This document shows positions 34,823-44,576 of a stretch of DNA of 64,000 nucleotides, piece after piece. The position numbers and the translations under genes are program-made. Below the pieces are notes generated by a model. It was not told where the DNA came from. It ran no database searches and saw only the letters and a program-made list of their open reading frames with translations. How positions within the stretch are numbered: position 1 is the stretch's first letter; every line of letters starts with the position of its first letter. Where the stretch lies: contig LDXM01000005.1 of NCBI GenBank assembly GCA_001443375.1, positions 13,388 to 77,387 on the forward strand, written 5' to 3'. Source of the DNA: Chloroflexi bacterium CSP1-4 (GTDB lineage: Bacteria > Chloroflexota > Limnocylindria > Limnocylindrales > CSP1-4).

Positions 34823-36342
34823 CCTCCCTGCGCGCCGACTACGCACCGGACGGCCAGGAGCATGCGGGCGAGTTCCCGTACACGCGCGGGATCAGCGCCG
34901 AGCCGGGGCCGTGGATCATGGGCCAGTACGCCGGCTTCGGCACGGCGGCCGAGACGAACGGGCGCTTCCGGGCGCTTCTCGAGGCCGGGGTCACGGGCTT
35001 CTCCGTGGCGCTGGACCTGCCGACGCAGATGGGCCTCGACTCCGATGATCCGGCCGCGGCCGGGGAGGTCGGCAAGGTGGGCGTCGCGATCGACAGCCTG
35101 GCGGACATCGAGACCCTGATGGCGGGGATCCCGCTCGAGCGGATCAGCCAGATGCGCACGACGGCGAACTCGATCGGCTACATCTGGGCGGCGATGTTCG
35201 TCGCCCTCGCCGAGCAGCGAGGCCTCGACCCGAACGCGTTCGGGATCTTCATCCAGAACGACGTGCTCAAGGAGTACGTCGCCAGGGGGACGCAGATCTT
35301 TCCACCCGCGCCCTCCCTGCGCCTGTCCGTGGACGTGCTCGAGTACGTGGCGCGCCACGTCCCTCGCTGGGTTCCGCTCGCCGTCTCCGGGTACCACATC
35401 CGCGAGTCCGGCTCCGATGCCGTCCAGGAGATCGCGTTCACGTTCGCCAACGCCATCGCGTACCTCGATGCCGCCGTCGGCCGTGGCGTCTCGATCGACG
35501 CGGTCGCGCCAACGCTGTTCACGTTCCTGTCGGCCGACATCGAGCTCCTCCATGAGGTGGCCAAGTTCCGGGCGGCGCGGCGCGTGTGGGCGAAGCTCAT
35601 CCGCGAGCGGTACGGCGCTCGCGACGCGCGGAGTGAGCAGCTGCGCATCTTCGTCTTCACCGCCGGCTCGTCGCTGACGGCTCAGCAGCCGCTGAACAAC
35701 GTCGTGCGGGCGACCGTCGAGGCGATCGCCGCGGCCCTCGCCGGGGTGCAGACGATGCACGTGTGCGCGTACGACGAGGCGGTCGGGGTGCCGACAGAGG
35801 CCGCGGCGACCCTGGCGCTGCGCACGCAACAGATCGTCGCCTTCGAGACCGGCCTGACGGAGACGGTCGATCCCTTCGGCGGCTCGCACGCCATCGAGGC
35901 GCTGACCGCCGAGACCGCGGTGAGCATCGAGGCGCTGCTGGCCGAGATCGAGTCGCGCGGCGGTGCCCTGGCCTGCATCGAGTCGGGCTGGTTCCAGGAC
36001 GAGATCGCCGGGTCGGCCTACCGCCAGGCGCAGGCGGTGGAGGCGGGAGAGAAGCCCGTGATCGGCGTCAACCGGTTCGCGTCCCCCTCGGAGCCGATCG
36101 CCGTGTTTCGCAGCGACCCGGCAGGCGAGCAGCGGCAGCGGGACAGTCTGCGGGCCTTGCGCGAACGCCGATCGCAGTCCGATGTCACGCGGTGCCTCGA
36201 CCTGGTCGAGAGTGCGGCACGCTCCGGGGCGAACGTCGTCCCGGCCTGCGTGGAGGCGGTCAAGGTCTACGCGACGGTCGGCGAGATCGTCGGGCGCCTG
36301 CGTGCCGTGTTCGGAGAGTGGCGCCCGTCGGGCGCGTTCTAA
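34819..36342 (+). CDS. Methylmalonyl-CoA-mutase-family large (substrate-binding TIM barrel) subunit without a B12-binding domain
   Basis: ORF 34819..36342. FPYTRGI...QYAGFGTAAETN...FSVALDLPTQMGLDSD...GVAIDS...IQNDVLKEY...SGYHIRESG...EVAKFRAARRVWA...SLTAQQPLNNVVR...DPFGGS. Ends after the barrel/linker. GTGA overlap with the thiolase. Confidence 0.85.
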   Translation: MTSLRADYAPDGQEHAGEFPYTRGISAEPGPWIMGQYAGFGTAAETNGRFRALLEAGVTGFSVALDLPTQMGLDSDDPAAAGEVGKVGVAIDSLADIETLMAGIPLERISQMRTTANSIGYIWAAMFVALAEQRGLDPNAFGIFIQNDVLKEYVARGTQIFPPAPSLRLSVDVLEYVARHVPRWVPLAVSGYHIRESGSDAVQEIAFTFANAIAYLDAAVGRGVSIDAVAPTLFTFLSADIELLHEVAKFRAARRVWAKLIRERYGARDARSEQLRIFVFTAGSSLTAQQPLNNVVRATVEAIAAALAGVQTMHVCAYDEAVGVPTEAAATLALRTQQIVAFETGLTETVDPFGGSHAIEALTAETAVSIEALLAEIESRGGALACIESGWFQDEIAGSAYRQAQAVEAGEKPVIGVNRFASPSEPIAVFRSDPAGEQRQRDSLRALRERRSQSDVTRCLDLVESAARSGANVVPACVEAVKVYATVGEIVGRLRAVFGEWRPSGAF

Positions 36343-37148
36343 CCCGATGCCGAGGTCAGGAACGCGGCCAGGCACTCGTTGAAGGCCGCGGGCTGTGCGC
36401 TCTGGGGTGAATGGAAGGCGCCCGGGATCACGGCACGTTCGGCGCCGATCCGTTTGGCGAGGACGTCGCATACGTCCTGCAGGCCGGCACCGGCCGTGGC
36501 GCGAGTGGCCGCGCTCGCCGTGTCCCAGCCACCCGAGACCACCAGCTTGGGGAAGGATGCTGTCTCGAGTGCGCCGACCGGTACCTCCGCCTCCCAGGGC
36601 ATGCGCTGGTGCATCGAGGTCCGGATGGCCGCGACCTTGTCGGGAGCGAGGCCGGCGCTGAGCTCTGACCAGGCCCGCAGATGCAGCGTCTCGAGGTCGT
36701 AGCCCATGGCTTGCAGGAATGCCGGATAGAACGCCTCTGGCGTGAGGTCCGCGAGCCTGGCGAAGACGGCGGCGATCCGCTGCTGCATCGCTTGGGCGGC
36801 CGGGCTTCGGGGTGCAAGGTGGAACAGCGGCGGTTCGATGACCACCAGAGAGCGGGCCGCACCGGGCCGGCGTCCGGCGGCGATCAGGCTCGCGACCGCA
36901 CCGTACGAGTGGCCGACCAGGTGGGCGCCGTCGCCGAGGAGTTCGGCGATATCGTCCGCGTCGCGGTCGAAGTCCTCGCCGCGGGTCGGTGGGCTGTCGC
37001 CGTATCCGCGCCGGTCGACGAGGAGCAGGCGGTAGCGGTCGGCGAGCGGCCGCTGCGCGGCCCAGGATGCTCCGCCCCGCACGAAGCTGCCATGCACGAA
37101 GAGTACGGGTTCCCCGTCGCCCCACGTCGTGACGTGCAGCTCGCTCAT
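36339..37148 (-). CDS. Alpha/beta-fold hydrolase
   Basis: Part of ORF 36339..37622, from MSELHVTTWGDGEPVLFVHG. Nucleophile elbow GHSYGA. Confidence 0.8.
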   Translation of the reverse strand: MSELHVTTWGDGEPVLFVHGSFVRGGASWAAQRPLADRYRLLLVDRRGYGDSPPTRGEDFDRDADDIAELLGDGAHLVGHSYGAVASLIAAGRRPGAARSLVVIEPPLFHLAPRSPAAQAMQQRIAAVFARLADLTPEAFYPAFLQAMGYDLETLHLRAWSELSAGLAPDKVAAIRTSMHQRMPWEAEVPVGALETASFPKLVVSGGWDTASAATRATAGAGLQDVCDVLAKRIGAERAVIPGAFHSPQSAQPAAFNECLAAFLTSASG

Positions 37149-37927
37149 CGCCCCCGAGGAACGATCCGCTGCCGCAGGATGCCGACCATCTCGGGACTCC
37201 CGGCATAGAGCGCTTCGGGAACCTTGTCGCGCCCCATCAGGGCCGAGAGGTCGACCGGCCGGCCGGAGGCGTAGACCAGCACCGCGCCGATCCTGTCCAG
37301 CAACAGCGAGGGGAAAGCCAGGTCCCACAGGTTCACGGCCGGATCGAAGAAGAGGCCCGTCACGGCGCCCTTGGCGAGCAGGCACAGCTGGTAGATGGGC
37401 GCACCCAGGCAGTAGATGCGGCCTGGAAAATCGACCGCGAACGTGCGCTGGTAGTTCGTCGGCCCGAAGATGAACGTGTTCGGCTCCAGCGCGGCCGAGA
37501 GGCTCGGGTTGAGCGGCTCGTCGTTGCAGAAGCCCGGGCCGTCTTCGTCGGCCCAGAAGAGTTCGCGCGTGACCGGGTTGACCGCGGCTCCGGCGATGGG
37601 TCGGTCGCCGTCCATGAGGCACACGGCCGGCATCCAGAGGGGCATCCCGGCCACGAACGCGCGGCTCCCGTCGAGCGCATCCACCACCCAGGCACGGGTT
37701 TCCCCCGGCGCCGGCGGCCGCGACTCGGCAGTCTCTTCACCGATGTAGCCGTACCGGGGCGCCAGAGCGGTGAGTGATGACCGGAGGAAGTCCTCCACGG
37801 CCGCGTCGGCCTCGGACGCGATGCTCAGGTCGGCCTTGACCGTGCCGGTCACCCTGCCGTAGTAGCGCAGGGCGAGTTCCCCGGCCTCGGTGACGATCTG
37901 CCGTATGTCCGCGATCGCTGGCGACAT
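37145..37927 (-). CDS. Inositol-monophosphatase-family protein
   Basis: ORF 37145..37927. IGEETAE, WVVDALDGSRAF (variant of WxxDPIDGT), WDLA. Confidence 0.8.
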   Translation of the reverse strand: MSPAIADIRQIVTEAGELALRYYGRVTGTVKADLSIASEADAAVEDFLRSSLTALAPRYGYIGEETAESRPPAPGETRAWVVDALDGSRAFVAGMPLWMPAVCLMDGDRPIAGAAVNPVTRELFWADEDGPGFCNDEPLNPSLSAALEPNTFIFGPTNYQRTFAVDFPGRIYCLGAPIYQLCLLAKGAVTGLFFDPAVNLWDLAFPSLLLDRIGAVLVYASGRPVDLSALMGRDKVPEALYAGSPEMVGILRQRIVPRGR

Positions 37928-38072
37928 TCGGGTCTCCCGCTCAGGTGCGCGGCGAGCCGCAGGTGCTCGTGCCTGACGAAGGCCCGCCCGAAGCGGGCCG
38001 GTCGGACTGGTCAGCAGCGCGCCAGGCGATGATGCTACGGTACGACCTCACGGACAGCACGAGGTGCGGCGG

Positions 38073-39005
38073 ATGAAGCTCGGCGTCTTTCTCCCTGTCT
38101 CGGGTCGGGCGGCGGTGCCCGAGGTGCTCACCGAAGCGGCCCGCCAGGCCGAGACACTGGGTTTCGATTCGGTCTGGGCCGCGGAACGGATGGTCAATCC
38201 CTGGGAGATGACGACCCGCTACCCGTACAACGCGGCCGATACCTGGTTCGTGCCACCGGAAAGCCCCTTCCTGGAGACGTTGACGGCGCTGACCTTCCTG
38301 GCCGGCGTCACCGAGAGGATCTCCCTTGGCGCGAGCGTCATCGTCCTGCCCTACCGACATCCCCTGTTCACGGCCAGGGTGGCTACCTCCATCGACACGC
38401 TGTCCAAGGGACGACTCATCCTCGGCGTCGGGATCGGCTGGATGCCCGAGGAGTTCGAGGCGCTGGGGGTCAACTTCAAGGACAGGGCGGGCATGTCCGA
38501 GGAGCAGCTGCAGATCTTCAACCTGCTCTGGAAGGAGGAGCGGCCGCACTTCGAGGGTCGCTACTACCGTTTCGGCGAGGTGGCCGTCAATCCCAGGCCG
38601 GTCCAGCAACCGCGCTTTCCCATCTGGATCGGCGGGGAAAGCGAGGCGGCCCAGCGGCGGGCGGCCAAGTACGGCGATGCCTGGTTCTCGTATTTCGTGA
38701 AGACGACGGCCGAGGAGCTGGCCGCTCGCTTCAGGCAGCTGCAGCAGTGGGCCACCGAGGCGGGCCGGGATCCGGGTTCGGTCAAGCTCTGTTCCGTTCG
38801 CCCCATCGACGTCACCGCCGAGCCGGTGCCCCAGGAGGAGGACAGCTTGAGGGGCACACCCGAGCAGCTCGTCGAGGCGCTCCGGCGTTTCGAGGACGTC
38901 GGCGTCGAGCACATGGCCCTCCAATTCCATCGCGGCCGCTGGCCCGAGCGGAGGGAGCAGATCGAGAGATTCGGCCGGGAAGTCATCCCGGCCCTGCGCT
39001 CCTAG
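38073..39005 (+). CDS. Luciferase-like (LLM class, probably F420-dependent) oxidoreductase
   Basis: ORF 38064..39005, trimmed to MKLGVFLP (GAGG 9 nt upstream). FDSVWAAERM...GVGIGWMPEEFEALG...PIWIGGES. Confidence 0.85.
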   Translation: MKLGVFLPVSGRAAVPEVLTEAARQAETLGFDSVWAAERMVNPWEMTTRYPYNAADTWFVPPESPFLETLTALTFLAGVTERISLGASVIVLPYRHPLFTARVATSIDTLSKGRLILGVGIGWMPEEFEALGVNFKDRAGMSEEQLQIFNLLWKEERPHFEGRYYRFGEVAVNPRPVQQPRFPIWIGGESEAAQRRAAKYGDAWFSYFVKTTAEELAARFRQLQQWATEAGRDPGSVKLCSVRPIDVTAEPVPQEEDSLRGTPEQLVEALRRFEDVGVEHMALQFHRGRWPERREQIERFGREVIPALRS

Positions 39006-39045
39006 CCGCTCGACGGCCCAGGTCTGCCAGCCGGAAGCGCGAACC

Positions 39046-40596
39046 ATGAGACGTGCCGCCGACGTGCCCCTGTACTACAACGCTATCGACATCCTCGAGC
39101 GCAACCTGGGCGCGCGAGCGGACAAGGTCGCCCTCTACAGCGCGGAACGGACGATGACGTTCGGGCAGGTCTCAGGTGAGGCGAACCAGGTCGGGAACGC
39201 GCTCAGCAAGGCGCTCGGGGTTCGTCTCGGAGACTTCGTGGCGCTCCTGTGCCTCGACGGACCCGAGTGGGTGACGTCCTTCTTCGGCATCGTGAAGGCC
39301 GGCGCGGTGGCCGTCAGCATCAACACCATGGCGACGCCGCGCGAATGCGACTACATCCTGCGCGACTGCCGGGCCAGGGTGCTCATCGTGCACGAGTCCC
39401 TGTTGCCGACGATCGAGGGGATCCGCGCCGGGCAGCCGTCCCTGGAGCACGTCGTCGTCATCGGAGGCTCGGCTCGAGAGCCCGATCTGGCCTATCCCGA
39501 GTTGATCGGCGACCAGGCGACCGAGTTCGTGGCGGCGCCCACGCACCGCGACGACCCGTGCATGCTCAACTACTCCAGCGGCACAACGGGAGAGCCGAAG
39601 GGCATCCCCCATGCCCAGAAGGACCTGCCCCTGACCGCGCAGCTCTACGCCGTCGACGGCATCGGGCTACGAGAAGACGACATCACCTTCAGCGTCGCCA
39701 AGCTCTTCTTCACCTACGGCTCGGGTGGGAACCTGATCTGGCCCTGGTACGCCGGCGCGAGCGTCATCCTGTCGCCCGCCCCGTCCCGCATCGCCACCAA
39801 CCTCCTGGAGACGATCGACCGGTTCAAGCCGACGGTCCTCAACGGCGTGCCGACGAGCTACGCCTCCATGCTGGCCGTCGACCGGTTCACGGAGACCTAC
39901 GACCTTGCCTCGCTGCGCATGTGCCTCTCGGCCGGCGAGGCCCTGCCCGCGGCCATCTGGCACGAGTGGAAGAGGCGCACCGGCCACGAGATCGTCGAGG
40001 GTATCGGGACGACGGAGAACTTCGCCCTGTACCTCACCAACCGGCTGGGCAGCGCGCGCCCGGGCAGCGCCGGCAGGTCGGTCGAGGGCTACGAGATCAA
40101 GATCGTCGACGATGGCGGGCAGGCAGTGCCGAGAGGCCAGGTCGGCAACCTGCTCGTGAAGGGCGAGACCGCCGCGCTCGCCTACCTCCACCAGTATGAG
40201 CGGAGCCACCAGACTTTCCTCGGCGAGTGGCTCGCGACCGGCGACCGCTTCCACGAGGACGACGACGGTTACTACTGGTACGTCGGGCGTTCGGACGACA
40301 TGCTCAAGGTCGGCGGGATCTGGGTCTCGCCGGTGGAGATCGAGAACACCCTGACCGGTCACGTGGCCGTGCGGGAATGCGCGGTCGTCGGCCGCGCGGA
40401 CCAGTCGGACCTGATCAAGCCCAAGGCGTTCGTCGCCCTGCACGCCGGCTACTCGCCTTCCGAGGAGATGGCCCAGGAGTTGATCGCCTACTGTGCTCGG
40501 GAATTGGCGGCTTTCAAGCGTCCGCGCTGGATCGAGTTCGTGGACGAGTTGCCCAGGACCGCGACCGGCAAGCTCCAACGCTCGAGGCTGCGATGA
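39046..40596 (+). CDS. Aryl-CoA ligase of the benzoate/4-hydroxybenzoate-CoA ligase family
   Basis: ORF 39046..40596. YYNAIDILERNL, YSSGTTGEPKG, GIGTTE, GDRFHEDDDGYYWYVGRSDDMLKVGGIWVSPVEIE, TATGKLQR. Confidence 0.9.
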   Translation: MRRAADVPLYYNAIDILERNLGARADKVALYSAERTMTFGQVSGEANQVGNALSKALGVRLGDFVALLCLDGPEWVTSFFGIVKAGAVAVSINTMATPRECDYILRDCRARVLIVHESLLPTIEGIRAGQPSLEHVVVIGGSAREPDLAYPELIGDQATEFVAAPTHRDDPCMLNYSSGTTGEPKGIPHAQKDLPLTAQLYAVDGIGLREDDITFSVAKLFFTYGSGGNLIWPWYAGASVILSPAPSRIATNLLETIDRFKPTVLNGVPTSYASMLAVDRFTETYDLASLRMCLSAGEALPAAIWHEWKRRTGHEIVEGIGTTENFALYLTNRLGSARPGSAGRSVEGYEIKIVDDGGQAVPRGQVGNLLVKGETAALAYLHQYERSHQTFLGEWLATGDRFHEDDDGYYWYVGRSDDMLKVGGIWVSPVEIENTLTGHVAVRECAVVGRADQSDLIKPKAFVALHAGYSPSEEMAQELIAYCARELAAFKRPRWIEFVDELPRTATGKLQRSRLR

Positions 40597-41561
40597 CCTA
40601 CACGCTGCCACTCGACGAGATCGACAAGGACGACGTCCAGCGCTGCGGGGGCAAGGGCGCCAACCTTGGCGAGCTGACCCAGATCGGGGCCCGGGTGCCG
40701 CCCGGGTTCTGTATCACGGCCGACGCACTGGGGTACCTCCTCAGCTCCAACTCGCTCGACGGTCCGATCGCCGAGGTCGCCTCGCGGCTGGACTTCGAAG
40801 ACCTCAATGCCCTCGAAGCGGCCACCGCCGGCATCCGCGGCATGATCGCCTCCGCGCGCGTCCCGACCGACCTGGAGGCGGAGATCCTCGAGCGGTACCG
40901 GGCCCTGGTCAGCGACGCCAACCGGTACGTTGCCGTGCGTTCGTCGGTGGCCGTGAAGGACAGCCCCATCTCGTCCTTCCCCGGGATGATGGACACCTAT
41001 CACTACGTGCTGGGTGAGACCGAGCTGCTCGAGAAGGTCCGCGAATGCTGGGCGTCCCTGTGGACGGCACGCGCCGCGTTCGCCCGGCACCGACAGGGCA
41101 TCGCCCAGGACCGCGGCCTGATCGCGCCGGTGATCCAGCTCATGGTCAACGCCGATACCGCTGGCGTATTGTTCACGGCGAACCCGATCACGGGGGCCAC
41201 GACCGAGATCGTCATCGAATCGAACTGGGGGCTCGGCGAGTCCGTCGTATCGGGCCGGTCGATGAACGATTTCTACGTGCTCGACAAGGCTAACCTCGGA
41301 TTGAGAGAGAGGAGAGTCGCTCGCAAGAACGTGATGGTAACAATGGATCTTGGCAGAGGCTCCGGACGTCTCGAGCAGGCGGTGCCGCCGGAACGGTCCA
41401 GCGAGCCAACGCTTTCGGACGCTCAGCTCGTGGAATTGGGACGCACGAGCAAGGGCATCGAGGACCACTTCGGATTCAACGTCGACATGGAATGGGCCTA
41501 CCAGGACGGGATCCTCTACGTCCTGCAGGCTCGTCGGATCCGACACGTGGGCAAGAACTAG
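40593..41561 (+). CDS. Stand-alone PEP-synthase/PPDK N-terminal ATP-grasp protein (PpsB-like kinase subunit)
   Basis: Part of ORF 40227..41561, from the ATG at 40593 (ATGA overlap with the ligase stop). DVQRCGGKGANLGELTQIGARVPPGFCIT...AVRSS...LWTARA...VQLMV...DMEWAY..G.LYVLQARRI. Confidence 0.85.
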   Translation: MTYTLPLDEIDKDDVQRCGGKGANLGELTQIGARVPPGFCITADALGYLLSSNSLDGPIAEVASRLDFEDLNALEAATAGIRGMIASARVPTDLEAEILERYRALVSDANRYVAVRSSVAVKDSPISSFPGMMDTYHYVLGETELLEKVRECWASLWTARAAFARHRQGIAQDRGLIAPVIQLMVNADTAGVLFTANPITGATTEIVIESNWGLGESVVSGRSMNDFYVLDKANLGLRERRVARKNVMVTMDLGRGSGRLEQAVPPERSSEPTLSDAQLVELGRTSKGIEDHFGFNVDMEWAYQDGILYVLQARRIRHVGKN

Positions 41562-41593
41562 CCGTCAAGCGATGCGACGAAGGAGTACGGATC

Positions 41594-42628
41594 ATGGCCC
41601 AGCGAACGGTCGACTGCCACAATCACTGGTATCCGCCCGACTACCTCGAATACCTGGTCGGTCGGACGGAATTCCCCTACGCGCGCCAGACTGGTCCCAC
41701 CAGCTACCTCTGCTATGCACCCGGCGGCGTCATCGTGGCGCATATCGACCGGGCCGGACACTACGACCTCAAGGCCCGCATCGAGGACCTGGACAAGGCC
41801 GGCCTCGATACCCAGATCATGAGCATCACCATCCCCGGACCGGAGATGCTGCCGGTCAAAGAGGGCATCTATTGGGCGAAGCGGACCAACGACTCCTTCG
41901 CCCGGGCCGTCCAGGACTATCCGGGGCGCTTCTACGCCTACGCGGGCCTGCCGTGGCAGGCTCCCGATGAGGCGGTCAAGGAGCTGGAGCGCTGCCACAA
42001 GGACCTCGGCGTCAAGGGCATCCAGGTCTTCTCCAACGTCAACGGCAAGCCGCTCTTCTTCGATGAGTTCGACCCCATCTGGGCCCTCGCGAACGAACTG
42101 GATCTGCCCTTCCTCGTGCATCCCACCGTGCCCTTGACGGCGAGCGTCATGGACATGGTGCGCATCCCCTACCAGCTGTACGGCTATACGCTCGACACCT
42201 CGATGGCCGTGATCAGCCTCATCTTCAACGGCGTCTTCCAGAAGTACCCGAACCTCAAGGCCGTCCACTCCCATCTCGGCGGCATGGTGCCCTACCTGGT
42301 GCAGCGCCTGAAGGCATCCTGGAAGGGCTACGCCGCGGAGTGGGGCCTGGAACTCGAGGAAACCCCGGACATCACCTATGCCGATCGGGTCTGGCCTGAT
42401 ACGACGTCGTTCTACCTGCCGGCCATGCGCTGCGCCCTGGAGTGGGTGGGCCCGGGGCACCTCGTCGTCGGCACCGACTACGCCCATCGCGTGGGCGATC
42501 CCGAGGGCGCCATCCAGGCCGTCAAGGACCTGGGCGCGTCCGTGAACCTGTCGCAGGACAAGACGGACCTGATGCTGGGCAAGAACGCCGAGGCGCTCTT
42601 CAAGCTCCCGCCGATGCCTGGGCGCTAG
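41594..42628 (+). CDS. Amidohydrolase_2 (ACMSD/gamma-resorcylate-decarboxylase-type) metal-dependent (de)carboxylase
   Basis: Part of ORF 41492..42628, from the ATG at 41594 (GAAGGAG Shine-Dalgarno sequence). VDCHNHWYPPDY (HxH), LVHPTVP, HSHLGGMVPY, VVGTDYAHR. Confidence 0.85.
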   Translation: MAQRTVDCHNHWYPPDYLEYLVGRTEFPYARQTGPTSYLCYAPGGVIVAHIDRAGHYDLKARIEDLDKAGLDTQIMSITIPGPEMLPVKEGIYWAKRTNDSFARAVQDYPGRFYAYAGLPWQAPDEAVKELERCHKDLGVKGIQVFSNVNGKPLFFDEFDPIWALANELDLPFLVHPTVPLTASVMDMVRIPYQLYGYTLDTSMAVISLIFNGVFQKYPNLKAVHSHLGGMVPYLVQRLKASWKGYAAEWGLELEETPDITYADRVWPDTTSFYLPAMRCALEWVGPGHLVVGTDYAHRVGDPEGAIQAVKDLGASVNLSQDKTDLMLGKNAEALFKLPPMPGR

Positions 42629-42741
42629 CACGCCTCAACGGGAGGCCCCGGAGTCGGGCCGCAAGCCCGATTCCGGGGCGCCTTCCTCGGGTAGCTGGCC
42701 GGTGTGTCGACCGGATGCACGGCGGCCGTGAGGAGATCCCC

Positions 42742-44445
42742 ATGCCGACAGACAGGAGCATCAGCTCACTCAGGACACTGAGACCGGATCGCGACGCCGA
42801 CATCTTCTGGTTCAGGGATGACCTGCACCAGCCCTACCCCATCTCGCCGATGGGCATGACGACGATCCAGAAGCACCACGCCTGGGGCTATCACGTCGCT
42901 TCGGAGCAGACGCAGCTGCCGCCCTCGAAGGGCGCGCACGTCAAGCTCTACCGGGGCCGCGTCTACCTGGGCTTCGCCCTGATCGACGATCCGGAGGAAG
43001 TCGCGCGCCGCGCGAAGGCGTTCGGCCAGCTCGTCGAGCACTGCACGGATCACTGGGCGGAGTTCTACGGCGGCTACATCTCGGAGGTGATCGCCAACCT
43101 GGCTTCGCTGGCCGCGGTGGACGGCGACGGCCTGACGACTCCGCATCTTCTCGACTACCTGAACAAGAGCGAGGAGATCAACCGCCGGCATTGGGAGATC
43201 CATTTCATCCTGATGTATCCGGCCGACACGATCTACCTGGAGTTCGAAGCCTTCTGCAGGACGCACGGGGTCGAAGAAGCGGCCTTCGTCAACATGCTCA
43301 AGGGATTCAACTCGATGTCGACGCAGACCGACGAAGGCTTGTGGCACCTGGCCGAGGCGGCGGACAAGGCTGGCCTGCGCGATCGACTGCGGAACACGAC
43401 GGCCGGGATGCTCCGGGATGCGCTCGCGGGTGATCCGAATGGGCGCGAGTGGCTCGATCGTTTCGACGAATGGCTGGAGCGGTTCGGCAACCGCATCAGC
43501 GCCGCGCACCTCGACGTGATCTTCCCGACCTGGAAAGAGGACCCCACGCCCGTCCTCGAGACCATCAACAGCTACTTCGCGCGCATGGACGCCGGCTGGC
43601 ACCTGCTCCAGGCCCGCGACGAGGTGATGCGGCAGCGCGACGAGGTCATCGCGGCCGTCGAGCAGAAGCTCACTGCGGAAGACAAGCTCGTCTTCGAACG
43701 ACTCCTGCCGGCCGCCCAGCAGGTCTACGCCTTCCAGGAAGACCATGGGTTCTACATCGACGCGGGCTCCACCGCCGCCCTGCACAACTCGCTGATGGCC
43801 TGCGGTCGGCGCCTGCATCGCTGCGGCCTGCTCGAACGGGCCGAGGATGTCTTCTTCCTGACCTTCAGCGAGCTGGTCGAGATCCTCGGCGACCTGGCCC
43901 GCGACGAGAAGATCGGCACGTATCACCATCGAGCCCTCGTGCCCTCCCTCGTCGCGGAACGGAAGGAGAACCGGGAAGCGGCGACCGCCCTCGATGCTCC
44001 GCTCACGGTCGGGAACGTCCCATCGACGATGAGCGACCCCATCGCCCTCAAGGTGTTCGGGATCGTCGACGAGGTGCTTCACCCCAAGGGCGAGAAGCAG
44101 ATGGTCGAGCGACTCGAGGGGTTCGCCGGAGCGGCGGGCGTGGTCGAAGGACCGGCGCGCGTGATCCTGAGCTTCGAGGAGTTCCCCACGCTGCAGTCCG
44201 GCGACATCCTCGTCTGTCCGGCCACCAGCACCGCCTGGACGCCGCTGTTCCTGAAGATCGCCGGCGTGGTGACCGACACGGGCGGCATGCTGACTCATGC
44301 CGCGATCGCGGCCCGCGAATACGGGATCCCGGCCGTGGTGGGAACGTGGAATGCCACCAATTCGATCCGCGACGGGGACATCATCAGGGTGGACGGGAGC
44401 GCCGGGGTGGTGCAGGTCCTGGTCCGGGCCGAGGGCCGGGGCTGA
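42742..44445 (+). CDS. Protein with a C-terminal PEP-utilizer phosphohistidine swivel domain (PpsA-like kinase subunit)
   Basis: Part of ORF 42442..44445, from the ATG at 42742 (GAGGAG Shine-Dalgarno sequence). About 470 aa of unrecognised helical N domain, then GPARVI...GDILVCPATSTAWTPLF...VVTDTGGMLTHAAIAAREYGIPAVVG. Confidence 0.85.
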   Translation: MPTDRSISSLRTLRPDRDADIFWFRDDLHQPYPISPMGMTTIQKHHAWGYHVASEQTQLPPSKGAHVKLYRGRVYLGFALIDDPEEVARRAKAFGQLVEHCTDHWAEFYGGYISEVIANLASLAAVDGDGLTTPHLLDYLNKSEEINRRHWEIHFILMYPADTIYLEFEAFCRTHGVEEAAFVNMLKGFNSMSTQTDEGLWHLAEAADKAGLRDRLRNTTAGMLRDALAGDPNGREWLDRFDEWLERFGNRISAAHLDVIFPTWKEDPTPVLETINSYFARMDAGWHLLQARDEVMRQRDEVIAAVEQKLTAEDKLVFERLLPAAQQVYAFQEDHGFYIDAGSTAALHNSLMACGRRLHRCGLLERAEDVFFLTFSELVEILGDLARDEKIGTYHHRALVPSLVAERKENREAATALDAPLTVGNVPSTMSDPIALKVFGIVDEVLHPKGEKQMVERLEGFAGAAGVVEGPARVILSFEEFPTLQSGDILVCPATSTAWTPLFLKIAGVVTDTGGMLTHAAIAAREYGIPAVVGTWNATNSIRDGDIIRVDGSAGVVQVLVRAEGRG

Positions 44446-44576
44446 TCGGGCGCTGCGCGATCCGTGGGGGCCACGACGACGGATCTCACTTCCGTTGACA
44501 ACGCAACTAGGATGGCTCTGCGCGCTCGTCACAGGGAGTGTTCGGAGCGGCGCACGAGGAAGGGAGTGCAACGGTG

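Noticed and set aside
34705-37206. 833-aa minus-strand ORF
   Set aside because: It is antisense to the acyl-CoA mutase gene and out of frame with the alpha/beta hydrolase. The sequence is Arg/Pro/Gly-rich with no motifs.
44446-44576. TTGACA hexamer (44496-44501) and the GATCCGT...ACGGATC inverted repeat after the PpsA-like gene, considered as a promoter or terminator
   Set aside because: There is no -10 element at a suitable spacing from TTGACA. The 7-bp stem has a 13-nt loop and no U-tract. The evidence is too weak to call.
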